A stretch of 64,000 nucleotides of DNA. Source: a virus. Numbering within the stretch: the first letter of the stretch is position 1; the number at the start of each line of letters is the position of its first letter. Location of the stretch: positions 32,001 to 96,000 of IMG/VR virus record IMGVR_UViG_3300009408_000001. One strand, given 5' to 3'. The position numbers were made by a program, and so were the translations under genes. Below, one piece after another: positions 18,319-28,560 of this stretch. A model generated the notes under the pieces. That model was not told the origin of the DNA, searched no databases, and saw nothing but the letters and a program-made list of their open reading frames with translations.

Positions 18319-19014
18319 TTAGTTAACCAGTTGGTAAAGTTGAGCACGTGGGTTGATTGTAACTAACCGGTTACGGTCACCTGCTAATAAGGCGGTGGTG
18401 ATTTCATCTTCTGCCATAGACAGCGCACTGTGACAGTTTGCATTACGCGTAACCATGGTACTGCACAGCTCTTCCATTTGTTTCAACGTGTCGATCTCAA
18501 TGTTTTTTCGAACATTGGCATTTGAAAAGTCCCCACTCAATGAAGGTGTAACCGGTACCTTTCCACGCCAGATGAGTGAACGAAGCCAACCCTTCTCCAT
18601 GAAAGACAACTGACTCATTGCGGTAGTCACTGACTCTGCATTAGCCCGGATCATTACACCCCGGAACTCGAACCGACCTTCCAGGAGTTCTTTAAAGGCA
18701 ACCTTCGCTTCCAACAGCCGTTGTTTGGCCAACTTACCGGTGTCAATACCGCGTACTTCGTAGTCCAGCACAACCACCGAACCCGTATCCCGCCGTGTCC
18801 AGTTACCGTATTCTTCACCTCGTTCTAATGGGGGTTTGTTCTCCACCACTTGGATCACTTGCAGAAAACCACCTATGTTTGCACTGGCGCGCAATACGGG
18901 TGGTACCATGTCTGGGTTAATACCACGTGCAGCACATATGTCACGTAACATGTCCTGGCTGTACAGTAGTGGACCCGCGATTAACTCATCGTTGTAGTAA
19001 ATCTCGCATTTCAT
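18319..19014 (-). CDS. tail-fibre assembly/chaperone-like protein (DUF4376-like C-terminus)
   Basis: Located among fibre genes; C-terminal part resembles fibre chaperones. Confidence 0.5.
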   Translation of the reverse strand: MKCEIYYNDELIAGPLLYSQDMLRDICAARGINPDMVPPVLRASANIGGFLQVIQVVENKPPLERGEEYGNWTRRDTGSVVVLDYEVRGIDTGKLAKQRLLEAKVAFKELLEGRFEFRGVMIRANAESVTTAMSQLSFMEKGWLRSLIWRGKVPVTPSLSGDFSNANVRKNIEIDTLKQMEELCSTMVTRNANCHSALSMAEDEITTALLAGDRNRLVTINPRAQLYQLVN

Positions 19015-19023
19015 GTTATTCTC

Positions 19024-20730
19024 CTAACTAAAGATGATAGCGGTACCACCGCCTACAAAAAGACTCTCGTTACTCGGTGCGCCAGACAACAGGACATCCG
19101 CTCGAGATGATAGTGAAACAGAACTCCCTAACGCTGCTAACGCAGTGGTGGTCGAACTTGTTACTGTTCCAGAAGGAGGCCATGTGCCGCCAGCATCCTT
19201 ATTGAACAGGTGTACTGACCCAGAGTTATTCAGGGTGGTGTCGTTTCCAGGGGCACCCACTGCAATGGTAGAGCCATCGTCACAGACACTGACTGACTTA
19301 CCGAAGGTTTCAAGTGACACGTCGTTACCCAAGAGGCGTGTAGAAAACACAAAGTCCCCTGTTGTACTGGAACGGGCGTATACGTGACATGCCCCTGCCC
19401 CTGTGAGGGTGTGTACTTCTCCTGGTGCGCCGATGGCCAGAACATCACCGGTGTCACTCAGTGACAGGCTGGAGCCGTAGATGCCGCCAGCAGCAGGGTT
19501 ATTAGACGAGATCTTCTGAATCTCTACCCACCCGGCTACTTGTAACGCGTACACATACACTGATCCAGAATCGGTACTCACAGCATCATCTAGGTGTGCG
19601 CCAACCACAATCAAAGACGCGGTTGAGTTAATAGCGACAGCCTTACCAAACGACGTAGCGCTAAAACCATCTGCACTGGTTAAGGATCCACGCAGCACCC
19701 ATACCCCACTGACATCAAGTGTAAAAACAGATACCTCACCAACAAGCGTTGGGTTGGTAGACCCGATGACCACGGTAGTTAGGTTATCTGAAATGGCGAC
19801 GGACGTACCGAAGCGACCACCTACTTTCGGAGTGGGGGGTACGAAGTTACTGATGAGTGACCACACCCCACCGGAATCCTTTCGGTACAGATAAGCACCG
19901 CCCGATTCCACAAGGCCCGTGTTTGCACCTGGTTCTCCAACGATTGCAGTAGAGCCATCTGCACTCATAGCAACACTTGTTCCAAAGTACCCGGATGTAA
20001 TTGGACTGGGTGGAGATACTTTTGTAGTTTCTACCCAGCCACTGGCTGTGTTGGAATAGAAGTAAACTGATCCGGCTAAGGCTACACCACTAGGTGCTTC
20101 ACCGGGTGTCCCTATGACACAGGTAAGGCCGTCGTCTGACATCCCTGTAGCAGATCCAAACAAGTCACCGGTTGCCAGGTCAGAGGAGGTTACGGTAGCC
20201 CGTTGTGTCGTGGGCATCGCCTGAGATACATCAAATGTAACGGTAGCTGACCACTCGCTCAATATGCCTGTATCGCCCTCATATCGGACGCGTACGTACT
20301 GTGGGCCAATCGGAAGTACAACACCCACTGCATTCAAGTCTAAGGTAGTAAGGTAATCCGTTGTCAACCCGGACAAGTACGTGGTGGAAATAAAGCCAGC
20401 ATCCGCTGATACTTCCCAGTACGAACCCATGTGGTTGTCTAGGACATTCCCCTCTCCAATCCCGTTGAACAAGGATGCAGTAACGATGGGTGACGGGAGG
20501 ACACCCGCTGTCCCTGTACGTGGGGATATAATCACTGGGGTTGCTACACCCCCAGTACCGGCTGTCCCAACGGGGACACCACCGGGTTTACCATTCGCCC
20601 CAATCCGTAGCTTTGTTACCCCACCTCTTCTATCTATGATGAGTTCTCTGTCCAATGGAGTGAATGCGAACATCGTGTCGTCAGAAAACGACTGGAGTGG
20701 TACAGGACTGGTTGGTGTTTTCGTCGCCAT
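19024..20730 (-). CDS. putative tail adhesin: degenerate Mtd_N-like anchor, FN3/Ig-like domain, 7 FG-GAP blades
   Basis: SYWEVSADAGF...YVRVRYEG module shared with the two paralogues; seven FG-GAP repeats. Confidence 0.85.
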   Translation of the reverse strand: MATKTPTSPVPLQSFSDDTMFAFTPLDRELIIDRRGGVTKLRIGANGKPGGVPVGTAGTGGVATPVIISPRTGTAGVLPSPIVTASLFNGIGEGNVLDNHMGSYWEVSADAGFISTTYLSGLTTDYLTTLDLNAVGVVLPIGPQYVRVRYEGDTGILSEWSATVTFDVSQAMPTTQRATVTSSDLATGDLFGSATGMSDDGLTCVIGTPGEAPSGVALAGSVYFYSNTASGWVETTKVSPPSPITSGYFGTSVAMSADGSTAIVGEPGANTGLVESGGAYLYRKDSGGVWSLISNFVPPTPKVGGRFGTSVAISDNLTTVVIGSTNPTLVGEVSVFTLDVSGVWVLRGSLTSADGFSATSFGKAVAINSTASLIVVGAHLDDAVSTDSGSVYVYALQVAGWVEIQKISSNNPAAGGIYGSSLSLSDTGDVLAIGAPGEVHTLTGAGACHVYARSSTTGDFVFSTRLLGNDVSLETFGKSVSVCDDGSTIAVGAPGNDTTLNNSGSVHLFNKDAGGTWPPSGTVTSSTTTALAALGSSVSLSSRADVLLSGAPSNESLFVGGGTAIIFS

Positions 20731-20757
20731 TGTTTCGGTCCTCGTTGGTTTAACCGG

Positions 20758-21009
20758 TTATTTCAGCACATCTTCTTTAGATGTACCAATGAATGAAGAG
20801 GTCCCATTGCAGAAAGAGATTATCGCAGACAGACTACCGTATAGGGAGTCTACGCGCTTGGTTCTCTCTACTGGATCAGATGACTCTCTAATTAAGGCAT
20901 ACTGTTTGTCAAAGGACTCTCCTGCGCGCTTGAACCATGTCGCTAACCCCCTTGCGTCTTTTTCCTCACGTGACTCAACTGCCATTGGTATTCTCCTTTG
21001 AAAGCGCAA
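20758..21009 (-). CDS. hypothetical protein
   Basis: ORF in the tail operon; GGAG RBS suggests a start at ATG 20985. Confidence 0.55.
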   Translation of the reverse strand: MRFQRRIPMAVESREEKDARGLATWFKRAGESFDKQYALIRESSDPVERTKRVDSLYGSLSAIISFCNGTSSFIGTSKEDVLK

Positions 21010-21229
21010 TGGCTTCTTCTGCCACCTGGTTAGATAAGTGTAGGTAGTATCGTTTTAGAAACTCCACATGGGTTGTAAACTCTTGTCTGCTCTCTTTAGA
21101 AAGGACAAGTTCAGGTGGGTTGTTTGCAGCAGCCACCTGTAGGATAGTCAACACTCGTTTAATCTCAACGCTGGTTGCTTCCGATGTAGGTAGCTGACTT
21201 GTATCTTTATACGTAATTTCTAGTAACAT
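20975..21229 (-). CDS. hypothetical protein
   Basis: ORF directly after terminator plus TATGC. Confidence 0.55.
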   Translation of the reverse strand: MLLEITYKDTSQLPTSEATSVEIKRVLTILQVAAANNPPELVLSKESRQEFTTHVEFLKRYYLHLSNQVAEEAIALSKENTNGS

Positions 21230-21235
21230 AGCATA

Positions 21236-21263
21236 AAAAGACAGGGGCCCAAACGGGCCCCTG
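21236..21263 (-). terminator. intrinsic terminator
   Basis: AGGGGCCC-GTTT-GGGCCCCT then a T tract on the minus strand. Confidence 0.8.
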
Positions 21264-21324
21264 ACTCCCTCATAGGTTAACCAGGCCGAGGTGACCTAGC
21301 AGTTTAATGATTTGGAACTTCAGC

Positions 21325-22347
21325 TTATACCAAAGCATCCAATTGACTCACCGTCATCTTAACGCGGAATGCTTCATACAGAACCAATTTCGCAGCTTTG
21401 GTGATGGGGTCCAGCTCGATGAGAGCCTGATCGTTAACCCATTTACCGGAGAGAGCGTCGTACATTTGTACTGTGGGGACCAAGAATTCTCCAGACAGAC
21501 CATGGGTGAACTGATGCAGGGTTCCTTCAGTAACAGAATCGAAGGTTGCAACGCGAGCGTTCAACTGGCTGGTAAGTGCAGATGCACCAGCACCAGCTTC
21601 AGCTTTAACACTGTTGATCGCGTCAACCAAGCTACCAGTGGCGCTTGTGGTCAAGTTGGCCAGATTACCTTCAGCCCCTTCAGCACGGAGTACTTCAGCG
21701 GCAAGGTCACCACCGAGTCCACTTACAACAGCATCGTTAGCGGTTTTGTAGTCACTCAGATCAACACCGTTTGTGGAAGCCAGTGCAGCCACTTCATTGA
21801 TTGCAGCAACCAAGCTGGAGGTGTTGGCGGTGTTCAGGACATGGATGTCACCAAGATCACTTGTGATCGAAGCGATGGCAGCCTGAGCTTCACCAAAGGT
21901 ATCCATTGCACTATCAGCAGTACCTTGAATGGTGGAGTCCAAATTAGCGATAGACACGTTGACCAGGTTGGTCAGGGTGTTAGCGATATCGGGATCATCA
22001 TTCAGTGCAGCAGCCAGTTTTGTCAGAGTGTCGAGAGCTGCAGGAACAGCGGTACCCAACAGACCAGCAATTTGTTGTGCAACAGAACCACTAATGGTAG
22101 CATCACCAGACAGTTGATCCACAACTGCTTTGATAACCAGCATATCTTCTTCTTCAGCGAAGGTACGAACAACGATTGCACCAGCACTATCCAAAGAGGA
22201 CAAGCGCATTACTTTATCGATGTTGTTGTACCAAATACGGCCAGCCGTAAGTGGAGTAGGATCAGCATCCAAACGTTCGACATTTAAGTTGTCGATCGTA
22301 GAGGAACCTGCCATTGACATACCGTGTACGCGTCTAAAACCAGCCAT
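21325..22347 (-). CDS. virion fibre/decoration-like protein with helical stalk and C-terminal HxL beta domain
   Basis: GRIWYN motif, Ala/Leu-rich helical middle, strong codon bias. Confidence 0.75.
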   Translation of the reverse strand: MAGFRRVHGMSMAGSSTIDNLNVERLDADPTPLTAGRIWYNNIDKVMRLSSLDSAGAIVVRTFAEEEDMLVIKAVVDQLSGDATISGSVAQQIAGLLGTAVPAALDTLTKLAAALNDDPDIANTLTNLVNVSIANLDSTIQGTADSAMDTFGEAQAAIASITSDLGDIHVLNTANTSSLVAAINEVAALASTNGVDLSDYKTANDAVVSGLGGDLAAEVLRAEGAEGNLANLTTSATGSLVDAINSVKAEAGAGASALTSQLNARVATFDSVTEGTLHQFTHGLSGEFLVPTVQMYDALSGKWVNDQALIELDPITKAAKLVLYEAFRVKMTVSQLDALV

Positions 22348-22434
22348 GATAAATTACCCTTTTGTAGGAAAAAAAGAAACACACTTATCTCGCCTCGCCG
22401 TGTTTACATATTACCCGCAACTAAAAAGGTAGGG

Positions 22435-22746
22435 TTACCGCGTGTAACTGGACATGATGCGTCTAATTGCCAGTAGGGTATCATCTACCTTTCTGGAATG
22501 TGACCCAACGTGTTCAATGCGGTAACTGTTTTCTGACCTGTACGCTACGAAGTCAAAATACTGACCGTCGTACCCCAACATTTTACTATCGGCGTCCGTG
22601 TCGATGTAAGCCACAAGATGCAATTCCTTACGCGAAATGCGCATGACGTGTTCCTGAGACTCAGTCTTTTCGGACAGGTCAGACGTTCTATCCTGGCCCA
22701 TTGTCGATTCCATAACCTGTTCCTCATCTTTCAGTACGGTCCCCAT
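22435..22746 (-). CDS. hypothetical protein
   Basis: ORF in the minus-strand operon. Confidence 0.5.
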   Translation of the reverse strand: MGTVLKDEEQVMESTMGQDRTSDLSEKTESQEHVMRISRKELHLVAYIDTDADSKMLGYDGQYFDFVAYRSENSYRIEHVGSHSRKVDDTLLAIRRIMSSYTR

Positions 22747-22762
22747 ACTATTCTGTAATTAT

Positions 22763-24493
22763 TTAAACGGAACCCAAATCTATCACGTCATTAACAGTGA
22801 TGAGGTCCGAGATGAGTTTTCCACCAATGGTTGTCTGTGCTGCAAAGCTAGCTGCTACCGAAGCAGGTACGCTGGTTGCTACCTCGGTTGCTACTGCTGC
22901 TGGCACAGCAGCGGCTATCGCACTGTCCACAACAGCAGGCGTTTGAGACGCTACCTCTGAAGTAACAATGGCTGGAACGGTAGCCGCTACCGTGTCCGCT
23001 ACTTGTGTTCCCAGTATACCTGCAATGGCAGCGGGAAGCTGGGCTGTCACCTCTGTAGAAACGGTCCCAGGAACCAATGCGTTTACCAGTGTGGAGATCT
23101 CAGTGGTTAACTGTGCTGTTACCTCTGCGGCTACAGCAGTACCCACTACCGCCTGTACTTCTGTGGAAATAGCAGTGGCATATTGTGCGGTTACCTCTGC
23201 TGCCACACTGGCGGATAAGTTGGCGGTCATCCATGTGCCAATTTCCGTGGCAATGTTAGCCGCCGTCTCCGTAGCAATCACGTTACGCAGAGTTGACAGA
23301 TCAGTAACCATTGCTGCGGTTATTGACTGTAACTCGATAGGGAGGTTCGTAAGTACGTTAGCAGCGGTTAACGCTGCCTGTGCAGCAGCCGTTACAATGG
23401 GATCCAAGATAGTGGGCAGGTCTACCGATACAAAGTTAGCCATTGCCGCTGCAACCGTTGTTCCCGCTACTGCAGGGAAGGTGGTTTGTTCCAACTTCAA
23501 TATCTCAGCGGCCATACTGTTAACCACGTTTGTGTTCACAATGGTGGCTAAACTGGATAAATCCGAAACCATCTGTGCGGTGATCTGTGTTAGCTCCACC
23601 GGCAGTTGGTATGTGGTTTCGAAAACAGTCATCGCGTTCTGTACACCGGTGTTGATCGTGTTTTGGATATTAGCGGAGGCGATCGCTGCTGCTACTGTAC
23701 TGGCGATATTTCCTGGGATGTCCAACACGGTTAACTGGTTACCGACCACAGATGTAACTGTATCTGGGATCGTTGTGTTTAGGATAGGTGCAAGTGCGGT
23801 ATTCAATGCCGCTCCGACTTTCCCAGGAACATCCTCTGCGGTAACCCGTGCAGTTACTTCATTAGCGATGGTTGTTGGAATGGAAAGTGCCGCAATTGAG
23901 AGCGTTAGTTCCGCTTTAACAGCAGGTGTCAATCTCAGGTTAAGTGCATCCGTCACCATCGTTGCCGTAGTAGCAGATACCTGTGCAGGTATGTTTGCTG
24001 CAACCAGTGCGGAGTTCAACTCTGTCAGTACGACATTCGGAATATCCAACACGGTTAACTGGTTTTTAACCTGCAACAAGATTGCCGTTGCAATGTCACC
24101 TAAAATGGCGGCTTGCACCTGTGTTGTAACCTGACTCGTCACGGCGTTAGCCACTACTGTGTTCAGGTTAAGTACATCTGCCACCGCAGTAGCCGTAAGG
24201 GATTGGAGGTGTGCAGGTAATACGGTGGTCAGGTCGACTGCCGCAATGGCTGCAACGACCGCTGTATTTACATCAGCTGTAACACTGGCAACAGCCGTGG
24301 CTACACTCTCACCCAGCAATCGAAGATTGATCCACGGGGTACCCACTACAGAAGGCCAGTACCATAACTCACCCGAAATAGATACGAGTGACGGTAACTT
24401 TGGATCTACCGTTGGGAGTTGGGCAAGTTCAGGTAAACCAAATGGAGTGGTGAACTCCATCGGGGCTAAGATTTTTACAGGGTTGGAAACCAT
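22763..24493 (-). CDS. Ala/Val/Thr-rich alpha-helical stalk protein (putative fibre)
   Basis: Low-complexity helical repeats, C-terminal IDLGSV; AGGAG RBS. Confidence 0.75.
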   Translation of the reverse strand: MVSNPVKILAPMEFTTPFGLPELAQLPTVDPKLPSLVSISGELWYWPSVVGTPWINLRLLGESVATAVASVTADVNTAVVAAIAAVDLTTVLPAHLQSLTATAVADVLNLNTVVANAVTSQVTTQVQAAILGDIATAILLQVKNQLTVLDIPNVVLTELNSALVAANIPAQVSATTATMVTDALNLRLTPAVKAELTLSIAALSIPTTIANEVTARVTAEDVPGKVGAALNTALAPILNTTIPDTVTSVVGNQLTVLDIPGNIASTVAAAIASANIQNTINTGVQNAMTVFETTYQLPVELTQITAQMVSDLSSLATIVNTNVVNSMAAEILKLEQTTFPAVAGTTVAAAMANFVSVDLPTILDPIVTAAAQAALTAANVLTNLPIELQSITAAMVTDLSTLRNVIATETAANIATEIGTWMTANLSASVAAEVTAQYATAISTEVQAVVGTAVAAEVTAQLTTEISTLVNALVPGTVSTEVTAQLPAAIAGILGTQVADTVAATVPAIVTSEVASQTPAVVDSAIAAAVPAAVATEVATSVPASVAASFAAQTTIGGKLISDLITVNDVIDLGSV

Positions 24494-24495
24494 AG

Positions 24496-26196
24496 TTAAC
24501 TCCTACTTACTCTTGCTTCCACCATGCAGGAAACAGAGAGTGTTATTGAAATGGTGTCCGCATTAACGCGGTCCACACGCACTGCATCCCTTCGCCACAC
24601 GAGGTCTGTATCTTGTACCCAAATTACCGCAGATACAAAGTTATCGCCCAGCTTGTGGTTTATAGTGTGGACAGTACTCGGTTGGGTTGAGGAATAGTCG
24701 AAAGTACCGGACTTACCATCTAGCACAACTACCCGCAATGCTTCCATTGATGCTGCTAGTGCAGACAAGTCAAGGGTTAAACGATCTTGCTTATCCAGAA
24801 CAACCGCATGTTCAACTCTGGCCAACCCAGCAGCAGACGGGGAATCTTCCACGACTGGCTGAACAACCACCTTCATTCCTGAGTTGCCACTGGACGATAC
24901 CGCAACGGTGTTCAATGAAGACATGCTGATCTTTGTTAGATCATTGCGGTAAATACCCGCACCATCATGAACCCAAACTGTAACAGTAACGAACCCTGTG
25001 TTAAGTAAATGGTTTATGTTTTCCAGTGCAGAGGTGGATTCCAACTTTACAATGTACGCATTGGCCAGTGGTTTCTGAAGTACCACCTTGACGGTAGAGG
25101 GGAAGTCCGTTTCCACCAGAGCGTTGTTGTTGTCGAGGGTGGTTACCCGGGTCATGTCCTGTGTCCACAGGCCATTCCGTTTAACCCACACACAACTGGA
25201 TAGGAACCCACTGTTTAACTCATGTAGAATCGGGTGGTTTGTCTTAGCTGTGAGTGACTCGTACACAAACCCATTGGATATAACCCGTCTGATGCATGCA
25301 CGGAGTCGAATGGGAACGTCCGATGTTACCATAACGGTATTCGCGTCGGTCATCGTCGCATTGGTAATAGGTACAGCAAACGTACCGTCATCGTCTTCTG
25401 CCCAGAATTGAACATCTAGGTCAAAGGAGTTAAGCGCATGTGTGACGATGTGTTCCGTTGCAGGGAGTCTCGAATAGTAACTGTACCCGTCCACATTTTC
25501 GTACTGAGTGTAGTACCCGTCTTCAATAGTCTTCTTTAGAGAAGCGTATTCTTCAGAAGAATCTTTGAAGGACTGGTCAATCGCATTGAACTCAGATCTA
25601 ACGACACTCTGTTTCTGCTCTACGGTTTGTTGCCGCAGTTCGACCTCTGTAACCTGTACCAGGGTGGCCGACGTAGAGTTCTCTGGGGTAAGTCCCTTTA
25701 CCGTTTCCGCTATAGCGGAAACCCCGTCGGTAAGTGCAGCACAGAGTTGATCGTTTTTAAGAAGCGGCCGTCTAAACTCCCGCTGGTATCGTTCGTTTCC
25801 TCTGAAATCCAGCCAGTGTTGTGGACTAGATTTATCAAAGGTGGGTTTGACCATCTCTTCTTGGATCGCATTCACCAGGATCGTATCTACGTACCCACCA
25901 ACTGCTTGGTACGTTACGCGGATATATCTGAACCGGTTATTAGAAACCAGATAGGTGTGTACTTCCCTTGACGTCATGGACGTGAGGGGTAAGAAGAGTG
26001 GTGAGAAATGGTAATCGAGGTTTTCTTTAAGAGGGACCCACCCTGCGGTTTGTGCTAGGTCATTCCCTTCCAGTACTAAGGTGTGTTTGTAAAACGCACC
26101 ACGGGTTGGAAATATACCTACCGTCCTAAGGGTGTCATGTACTTCTGTGAATCGATTAGCCGCCGCGCCTGCTGTCTCGTCGTATGTAACCGCCAT
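24496..26196 (-). CDS. virion structural protein with four HxL beta-domain repeats
   Basis: Shared N-terminal domain; repeats THALNS, HELNS, NHLLNT, NHKLGD. Confidence 0.75.
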   Translation of the reverse strand: MAVTYDETAGAAANRFTEVHDTLRTVGIFPTRGAFYKHTLVLEGNDLAQTAGWVPLKENLDYHFSPLFLPLTSMTSREVHTYLVSNNRFRYIRVTYQAVGGYVDTILVNAIQEEMVKPTFDKSSPQHWLDFRGNERYQREFRRPLLKNDQLCAALTDGVSAIAETVKGLTPENSTSATLVQVTEVELRQQTVEQKQSVVRSEFNAIDQSFKDSSEEYASLKKTIEDGYYTQYENVDGYSYYSRLPATEHIVTHALNSFDLDVQFWAEDDDGTFAVPITNATMTDANTVMVTSDVPIRLRACIRRVISNGFVYESLTAKTNHPILHELNSGFLSSCVWVKRNGLWTQDMTRVTTLDNNNALVETDFPSTVKVVLQKPLANAYIVKLESTSALENINHLLNTGFVTVTVWVHDGAGIYRNDLTKISMSSLNTVAVSSSGNSGMKVVVQPVVEDSPSAAGLARVEHAVVLDKQDRLTLDLSALAASMEALRVVVLDGKSGTFDYSSTQPSTVHTINHKLGDNFVSAVIWVQDTDLVWRRDAVRVDRVNADTISITLSVSCMVEARVSRS

Positions 26197-27183
26197 TTAG
26201 GAACTCACTCTCACTAGGGTTATTCCACATGAAATCCCATCACCACTCACAATCGTTCGTGTGGATGAGGTCTTTACTGTCCGTATTTGTACCGAAACAG
26301 TATCTCGTGCTGCTAGTCCAAGTAAGTCATTCGCTAAAACAGAAGAAGGTTTGATTCTCCCATTCACCGCATATCGGAACTCGTACGCCAGTGGTCCACT
26401 CGCATCTGTCACCGTGGGGTTACCACAGACATTAAGCATATAGCTACCGGTGTACTGAACGGTTAAACTGAGTCCGATGTCCCTCCATTCTCCCGCAACT
26501 GAAATTCCCATGTCCCTAAGGAGACCACCGGTGTTTGCAGAGTTGTGATAAATGGTATTGGATTCCGCGATGATGCGAAGTGCATCGGCCAGGGAACTCA
26601 TTGACGTTACTATCGGTTCAACCAACGAAGTATCTAAGTCTAGGATATCTTCCATCATGATATTTCTATCTGGGGAAGCCAAGACTGTAGAAAGGACTTG
26701 TACTGCCTGCAAGATTGCATCAGTACCGGCCACATTTGAAAGTGTGACATTGTGTGGGGTTGGTGGGAACACTGGATCGACATTCACCACGGTTTCCCAT
26801 GGTGTGTTGATGAGAGAATTTAGCGTGTCCATACCGCTGGAAACCGCTTGGGTTTCTGCGTTTACGTACTTACCACCGAGTGTCCGGTAGATTAAGCGAT
26901 ATGACCCACTTCTGTTGGTATCTAAGAATCCGATTGCTCCAACAATGGGTTTACCTACCTCATCAGTGCCCTTTTCAAATGGCCATGCTGGAAAGTAGTC
27001 TCTCGTGGGTTCAAGCGGTTGGCCTGACTCCATGTCTATCACCACCACGGATTCCGCATAAAACGGAGCGTAGGTGGGTACCAAGTAGTTGTAAGAAGAG
27101 CCGTTGACGAGACTGATTGTGTGGACCTCGTCGGATATACGGTTACCTGGTAATGTTCCCAGGGGATCAAAATCGAAAGCCAT
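26197..27183 (-). CDS. phiKZ-like virion structural (baseplate/fibre) protein
   Basis: FDPLGTLPGNRISDEVH...YAPFY..SV N-terminal domain; AGGAG RBS before ATG 27183. Confidence 0.75.
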   Translation of the reverse strand: MAFDFDPLGTLPGNRISDEVHTISLVNGSSYNYLVPTYAPFYAESVVVIDMESGQPLEPTRDYFPAWPFEKGTDEVGKPIVGAIGFLDTNRSGSYRLIYRTLGGKYVNAETQAVSSGMDTLNSLINTPWETVVNVDPVFPPTPHNVTLSNVAGTDAILQAVQVLSTVLASPDRNIMMEDILDLDTSLVEPIVTSMSSLADALRIIAESNTIYHNSANTGGLLRDMGISVAGEWRDIGLSLTVQYTGSYMLNVCGNPTVTDASGPLAYEFRYAVNGRIKPSSVLANDLLGLAARDTVSVQIRTVKTSSTRTIVSGDGISCGITLVRVSS

Positions 27184-27246
27184 AATGGTTACTCCTGGGC
27201 GATATTCATAATATTTAACTGACACAACCCAATATGGATAAGAACT

Positions 27247-28467
27247 ATGTATGAACTAATCAAAACCTACGTTAGACTTAATTACGAGTGGTCGGTTCTA
27301 GACGCTTCGGATGTTGTTGTAAGTGAATTACTGGGTGCCTACGATACGGTACATGTGGTTATGCACGATGGAGAACAGAGTCACAATGTTATCGACCTTT
27401 ATGATTCCTCATTTGGACAAGACATCACCCGGTTATCCCAAACCCTGAGTACCTGGGTTGCGGCCACTTCCAGTACCGATATGGTAATGTTTGTTAGTCA
27501 CCTGGACCACTCTAAGGTAAAGCGAATGCACGTGAGTGATCTACTTGCGTACCCGGTGAAGATCGCACTTGGGGACTCTACCAACGTCGCAGATGAAGAA
27601 GTCCCACACGGTGGAGCACTGGACATGGTGATAACCAACAAACCGGATGCCGACAAGGATTACGTTTCCGCAATGGCCTCGGGTTGCCTGGTTGCGGTGA
27701 ATGATTATATCTTACCTACCACGTTAGTCGGTAAGTCTCTATTTGTAATTGATGCGAAACCCTTCCTGTCCCTTACAAAGGACACCGCACCCATGGTGAC
27801 CGTCTTAAACCTATCTCCCCTTGGTAAGTGGGTGGACTTTGAGATAACCCGTGAGAACGCACATGTGTTGGAGAGACGTGCAGTAGATAAGGACCGTAAC
27901 CAAACCAGAGTGATTGTAGAAGTCGGTACGTTGGCTGCGGGTACTCCTCTTCTGGTACTGGGTGGACAGCCTCATTTTCTAGATGGCACGGTCACCACTG
28001 TAGATCGAGAACACGTTACCATCATTGTGAGTCACAGATCGGTTGCACGCCGTGGGGTGGAACTCCCACCGGGGGTTGATACATATGGGACAACCATGTC
28101 TGGTGTGGTGGATTCTGACTTTGACCCAATTGGATACCTAATGGGCCCTATGTGTCGCCTCCTTCTGATGGAGAACGATGACATCAATCGAAACATCCGT
28201 TTAGCGGGTAGAACTGGGATCCCAGGCGAGTACACTTTGTTTCAGGGTACCGATGCGCTGATGGTACAATCTAACGGAGACATGGCTAGTTACTACATTA
28301 CGGGTAGGTCAGAGCACAACTTTGCGTTGAGTACCACGGTGGGAATGCGTAAGAACTACCTGAGTGAGACAGCGGGGCACGTACCCTGTGAAGGTGGGAA
28401 CCAACGGGTGGATACATCACCCTACCCGGACGAGGTGAGATTACTGGCATTGTACAGCACGAAGTAA
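27247..28467 (+). CDS. phiKZ-like virion structural protein
   Basis: 406-aa ORF divergent from the tail operon; resemblance from memory only. Confidence 0.55.
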   Translation: MYELIKTYVRLNYEWSVLDASDVVVSELLGAYDTVHVVMHDGEQSHNVIDLYDSSFGQDITRLSQTLSTWVAATSSTDMVMFVSHLDHSKVKRMHVSDLLAYPVKIALGDSTNVADEEVPHGGALDMVITNKPDADKDYVSAMASGCLVAVNDYILPTTLVGKSLFVIDAKPFLSLTKDTAPMVTVLNLSPLGKWVDFEITRENAHVLERRAVDKDRNQTRVIVEVGTLAAGTPLLVLGGQPHFLDGTVTTVDREHVTIIVSHRSVARRGVELPPGVDTYGTTMSGVVDSDFDPIGYLMGPMCRLLLMENDDINRNIRLAGRTGIPGEYTLFQGTDALMVQSNGDMASYYITGRSEHNFALSTTVGMRKNYLSETAGHVPCEGGNQRVDTSPYPDEVRLLALYSTK

Positions 28468-28508
28468 CCGGACTGTCTCTATTGGGCCCGAACCCGTTTC
28501 AAAACCGT

Positions 28509-28540
28509 ATTACCTTACTGATAACACGTCCGTGTTATTT
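28509..28540 (+). promoter_or_regulatory. putative early promoter plus leader hairpin (cassette B)
   Basis: ATTAC CTTAC TGATAACACGTCCGTGTTAT. Confidence 0.75.
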
Positions 28541-28560
28541 ATTCTAAGTGGAGCAGTGGT

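Noticed and set aside
21307-22287. 326-aa plus-strand ORF overlapping the 21325-22347 gene
   Set aside because: Exact antisense shadow of a strongly codon-biased gene; no RBS and no recognisable motifs
22398-22420. CATATTAC as another early promoter
   Set aside because: Lacks the YGAKMA second box and has no plus-strand gene downstream; ACATTAC near 32892 also lacks the second box
22968-24134. 388-aa plus-strand ORF
   Set aside because: Antisense shadow of the Ala/Val/Thr-rich 22763-24493 gene
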